From assembly GCF_006345805.1 (NCBI RefSeq), contig NC_043018.1, forward strand, positions 9,362,001 through 9,426,000: a stretch of 64,000 nt of DNA, written 5' to 3'. This DNA is from Octopus sinensis (Eukaryota). Position numbers and translations under genes: made by a program. The notes below the pieces were generated by a model. That model made no database searches and was not told the DNA's origin. It worked only from the letters and a program-made list of their open reading frames with translations. Of the stretch, positions 61,113-64,000 are shown in pieces. The stretch's first letter is position 1. Each line of letters starts with the position of its first letter.

Positions 61113-61525
61113 GGATCTTTTCGGTTTGAACGGCAGTTTTTTAAAATAATTTCCACGTAACTAAACACTTTTAAACTTCGTTTACTGGTAGAATGTGTTT
61201 ATAAAACATCTTTTTCTCTTGGCTTTATTGAGAAAATTCTATAGTTTGTAAGATAGTTGTTGTTTTTTTTCTTCAGTTTCTGCAATTTCAACCAATCAAT
61301 GACGTCTATTGAGTTAAAAAGCATTCTGTGCCGTATGAATATGTCCCTCGTTTAAGAAACAGATTGGGTTTATTTACATTTGTGAAGAAAAAAAAGATAC
61401 CCTTCCCCCCACCCCTAACCCTAAAACAGATTGAAATGCAATAGATCGATACTAGGGTCATAATTATGGGTGACAATTTCATTTGACACTGCTGGAAAAA
61501 ACTGCCGTTCAAACCGAAGAGATCC
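61113..61525 (+). mobile_element. GGATC-TIR MITE
   Basis: TIRs intact; flanks ATTATTTG / TTATTTTG form a degenerate TSD. Confidence 0.85.
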
Positions 61526-62844
61526 TTATTTTGCCTTTTGAGTTCAGGAAAGCACCCGTAGTCATGATGATGACGGTGGTGGAGATGATGATGGCGGTGG
61601 CAGTGGCACTGGTAGTGGTGGTGGTGGTGGTGGTGGTGGTATGAGCATGGTGATGATGATGATAATGGTGATGACAGCAACAGCAACGCTACCTCTCACT
61701 TCAGTGAAGACTAACCCAACAACTATTTAAGTCAGAGGGTAACCGACGTTAGATTCACCCGTGTGAGTGAACGACGTGGAAAAAAGGGATGTGAACTGCC
61801 CCCTCATTCAATCACTACCGTAGAATAAAAACAATTGGATCACCAATTGCTTTATAACGTACTATGACCCAGCAATGCACATACACGCAAGTACTGTCCA
61901 AATCTCCGACCGATCACATACAGCTAGCTGGCATTTAATTGGCGTATCAAGTTTCGGGCATTTTGATTGGGTTTTGGATAGAAAATTCACAAAAAAGTCA
62001 CTTCTATTGATTTTTCAATGGCTTTGCAGGGTGACTGGGGAAATGTAAAGATGTGCACGACCACCCTTGGACGGTTTTGAATGACCATAGAAAGTGCGAG
62101 CCCTCTAACTGAAAACTTGTGGATTTGTATAAAGGACACACACACAGACATTTTGCTGTTTATATATAGAGAGATTTGATATTCAGAATAGGTTTCTATG
62201 ATCTGAGTTCAAATTCCACTGAGGTCGACTTTGCCTTTCATCCTTCAGGGTCAATGTAGCAAATACCAGTTGGACACTGGCTTCAGTGTAATTGATTTAT
62301 TCTCACCTCGCAAAATTACTGGCCTTGTGCCAAAATTTGAAATCCATATTTTGTATAGATTGTTGTTGTTGATGACGATGATGCAGCAGTTGTTGTATAG
62401 CTCCAGCTCAGCTCGATTCAGTAGATATACAATCCAACCATGACCATTCCAGCTCCCTGTATGTTTAAGACTCCGTTGCACCCCTCCTATTTTTAAAATA
62501 ATAGAATGTAATTTGAGGGACTTTGGCTGTGTTTGCGTAAATCTCGCAGGAAAATTTAAATATTAACATTTGGTTTCATCTTCGTCGTGGTTTTAGTTTC
62601 TCCGTTTTTTTCCATTAGATTAGGACATGGTCTATCAAATTTCATTTGAAACCATAGTGCAGGTTTCAAATTTCAGAGTGGCATCTAGAATATTTGTTTA
62701 ACTAATAGCTTCTCAAGGACATACATATGTGTGTGTGGTGTGTCTATATCTATCTATCCATCCATCCATCCATCCTTCCATCCGTCTATCCATCCATTCA
62801 TACACATATGGAAAGAGAGATAAACAGAAATATTTATATATGTA

Positions 62845-64000
62845 CAGGGTGCATAAGATATTTGAGGAGATACCTTTTTGGGGGTCATTGCTGCATTTTT
62901 TGCTAACTCTGTATAATCTTTGATTCAGAAAATAATAATGGCAGACCCTCAGCTTACTCAAGAAATGAAGAGGTATGCTGTTATTGTGGTTATAAAGGCT
63001 GAGCATAGCGATTTAGAAATATCTTGAGTTTTAAAAGTTTCCAGATCTTTTGTTTACAAAGTTTGTAAGGAGTTAGAGACTGAAGATGGAAATGTATCAC
63101 CAGTCTCAAAGCATAAAAAGCATTCTAAATGCCCTGAAATCACCAGAACACCTGAATTTGTCCAGCAAGTTCAACAGACCATTGATTACAATCCCAGAAA
63201 GTCCATGGGGTCAATAGCAAAAGAACTCCATGTGTCAGAAGGAACAGTCAGAAATGTTGTCTACGAAGACATCAGGTATAAGTCTTATATGATGAGGAAA
63301 GGTCAATTCGTCAGAAAAAGCAAAAGAAAATCACTTCATCAGATCTAAAACAAATAGAAAAATCCAGCAGAAGATTTGATTTGGTTTTTCTCAATTGAGA
63401 AAAACTTCGATCAAGATCAAAAAGTTAACAGAAGAAATGTCAGATGGTTATGTGCAGACCCTTCTGAAGTTCTAAGTGTTATGCATACAAAATTTCCTGC
63501 AACATTCATGGTTTTGGGGGGATCAGTAATGAAGGATATGTGATTCCCCCTTACTTATTTCCACAAGACCTTAGAGTTAACTCTGCTGTCTACATTGAGG
63601 CCCTGGAAACAATTGTTAAGCCCTGGATAGACAGTGTATGCAATGGAAGGCCATATGTGTTTCAGTAAGACTCTGCACAATCACACATGGCGCTAGTAAC
63701 ACAGGAATGGATGGCTGAAAATTTTCATGTTCACACAACCCCAAACATTTGGCCTCCTAATTCCCCAGATCTCAATCCATTGGACTATTACATGTGGAGC
63801 ATTGTTGGGAGAGCGGTCAATGGACACGTCCATAACACCAAAGATTCTTTGAAAGCTGTTATAGTCAGAGTAATGTCCAAAATGAACCAGGACCACTTGA
63901 TTTGAGCATGTAGATGATTTAGATCTCATATAGAAGCAGTTGTTGAAGTTGAAAGTGGTTTTATTGAATAACATTATAGAAAAGAAAGTTTATATTTATC
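62845..64000 (+). mobile_element. Tc1/mariner DD37D (maT-type) transposon, defective; runs off the window
   Basis: TA^CAGGGTG start; ATG 62938; HTH region; FFS(D)EKNF, Q*DSA-37 aa-D in WPPNSPDLNPLD; several stops and frameshifts. Confidence 0.92.

Overview
Repeat-dense, AT-rich animal genomic DNA, inferred to be from a coleoid cephalopod (probably Octopus) from the tRNA-derived SINE families, the microsatellite load and the style of the C2H2 zinc-finger gene. Genes: (1) a complete three-exon ZNF593/Bud20 gene on the minus strand (19381-19182, 15716-15654, 9840-9702; 133 aa; exon 2 is not in the ORF track in its coding frame); (2) an effector-less C2H2 zinc-finger gene with 10 fingers, 8 canonical (47945-48817, +); (3) an unexplained 292-aa orphan ORF (25667-24789, -); (4) three tentative plus-strand exons at 1.1-6.5 kb. 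The rest is mobile DNA: RTE, CR1, L1/Tx1 and R4-like LINE remnants, several SINE families, Penelope-like (PLE) remnants, a DD37D mariner, Helitrons, and hAT, piggyBac-type and probable Merlin-type MITEs, many nested. Most unusual observations: (a) four different PLE-type remnants carry minimal hammerhead ribozyme folds, including the compensatory core variants G3-C8 and U3-A8; (b) one hammerhead-bearing PLE-like tail is fused behind a tRNA-derived Pol III head, a candidate ribozyme-carrying SINE; (c) an L1/Tx1 element shares its 3' end with a SINE and is inserted at the same internal SINE position where that SINE forms single-headed tandem arrays, suggesting a LINE-SINE pair that targets the SINE itself. 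Everything was read by eye. Repeat boundaries are approximate unless a TSD is quoted, and no database search or folding computation was run.
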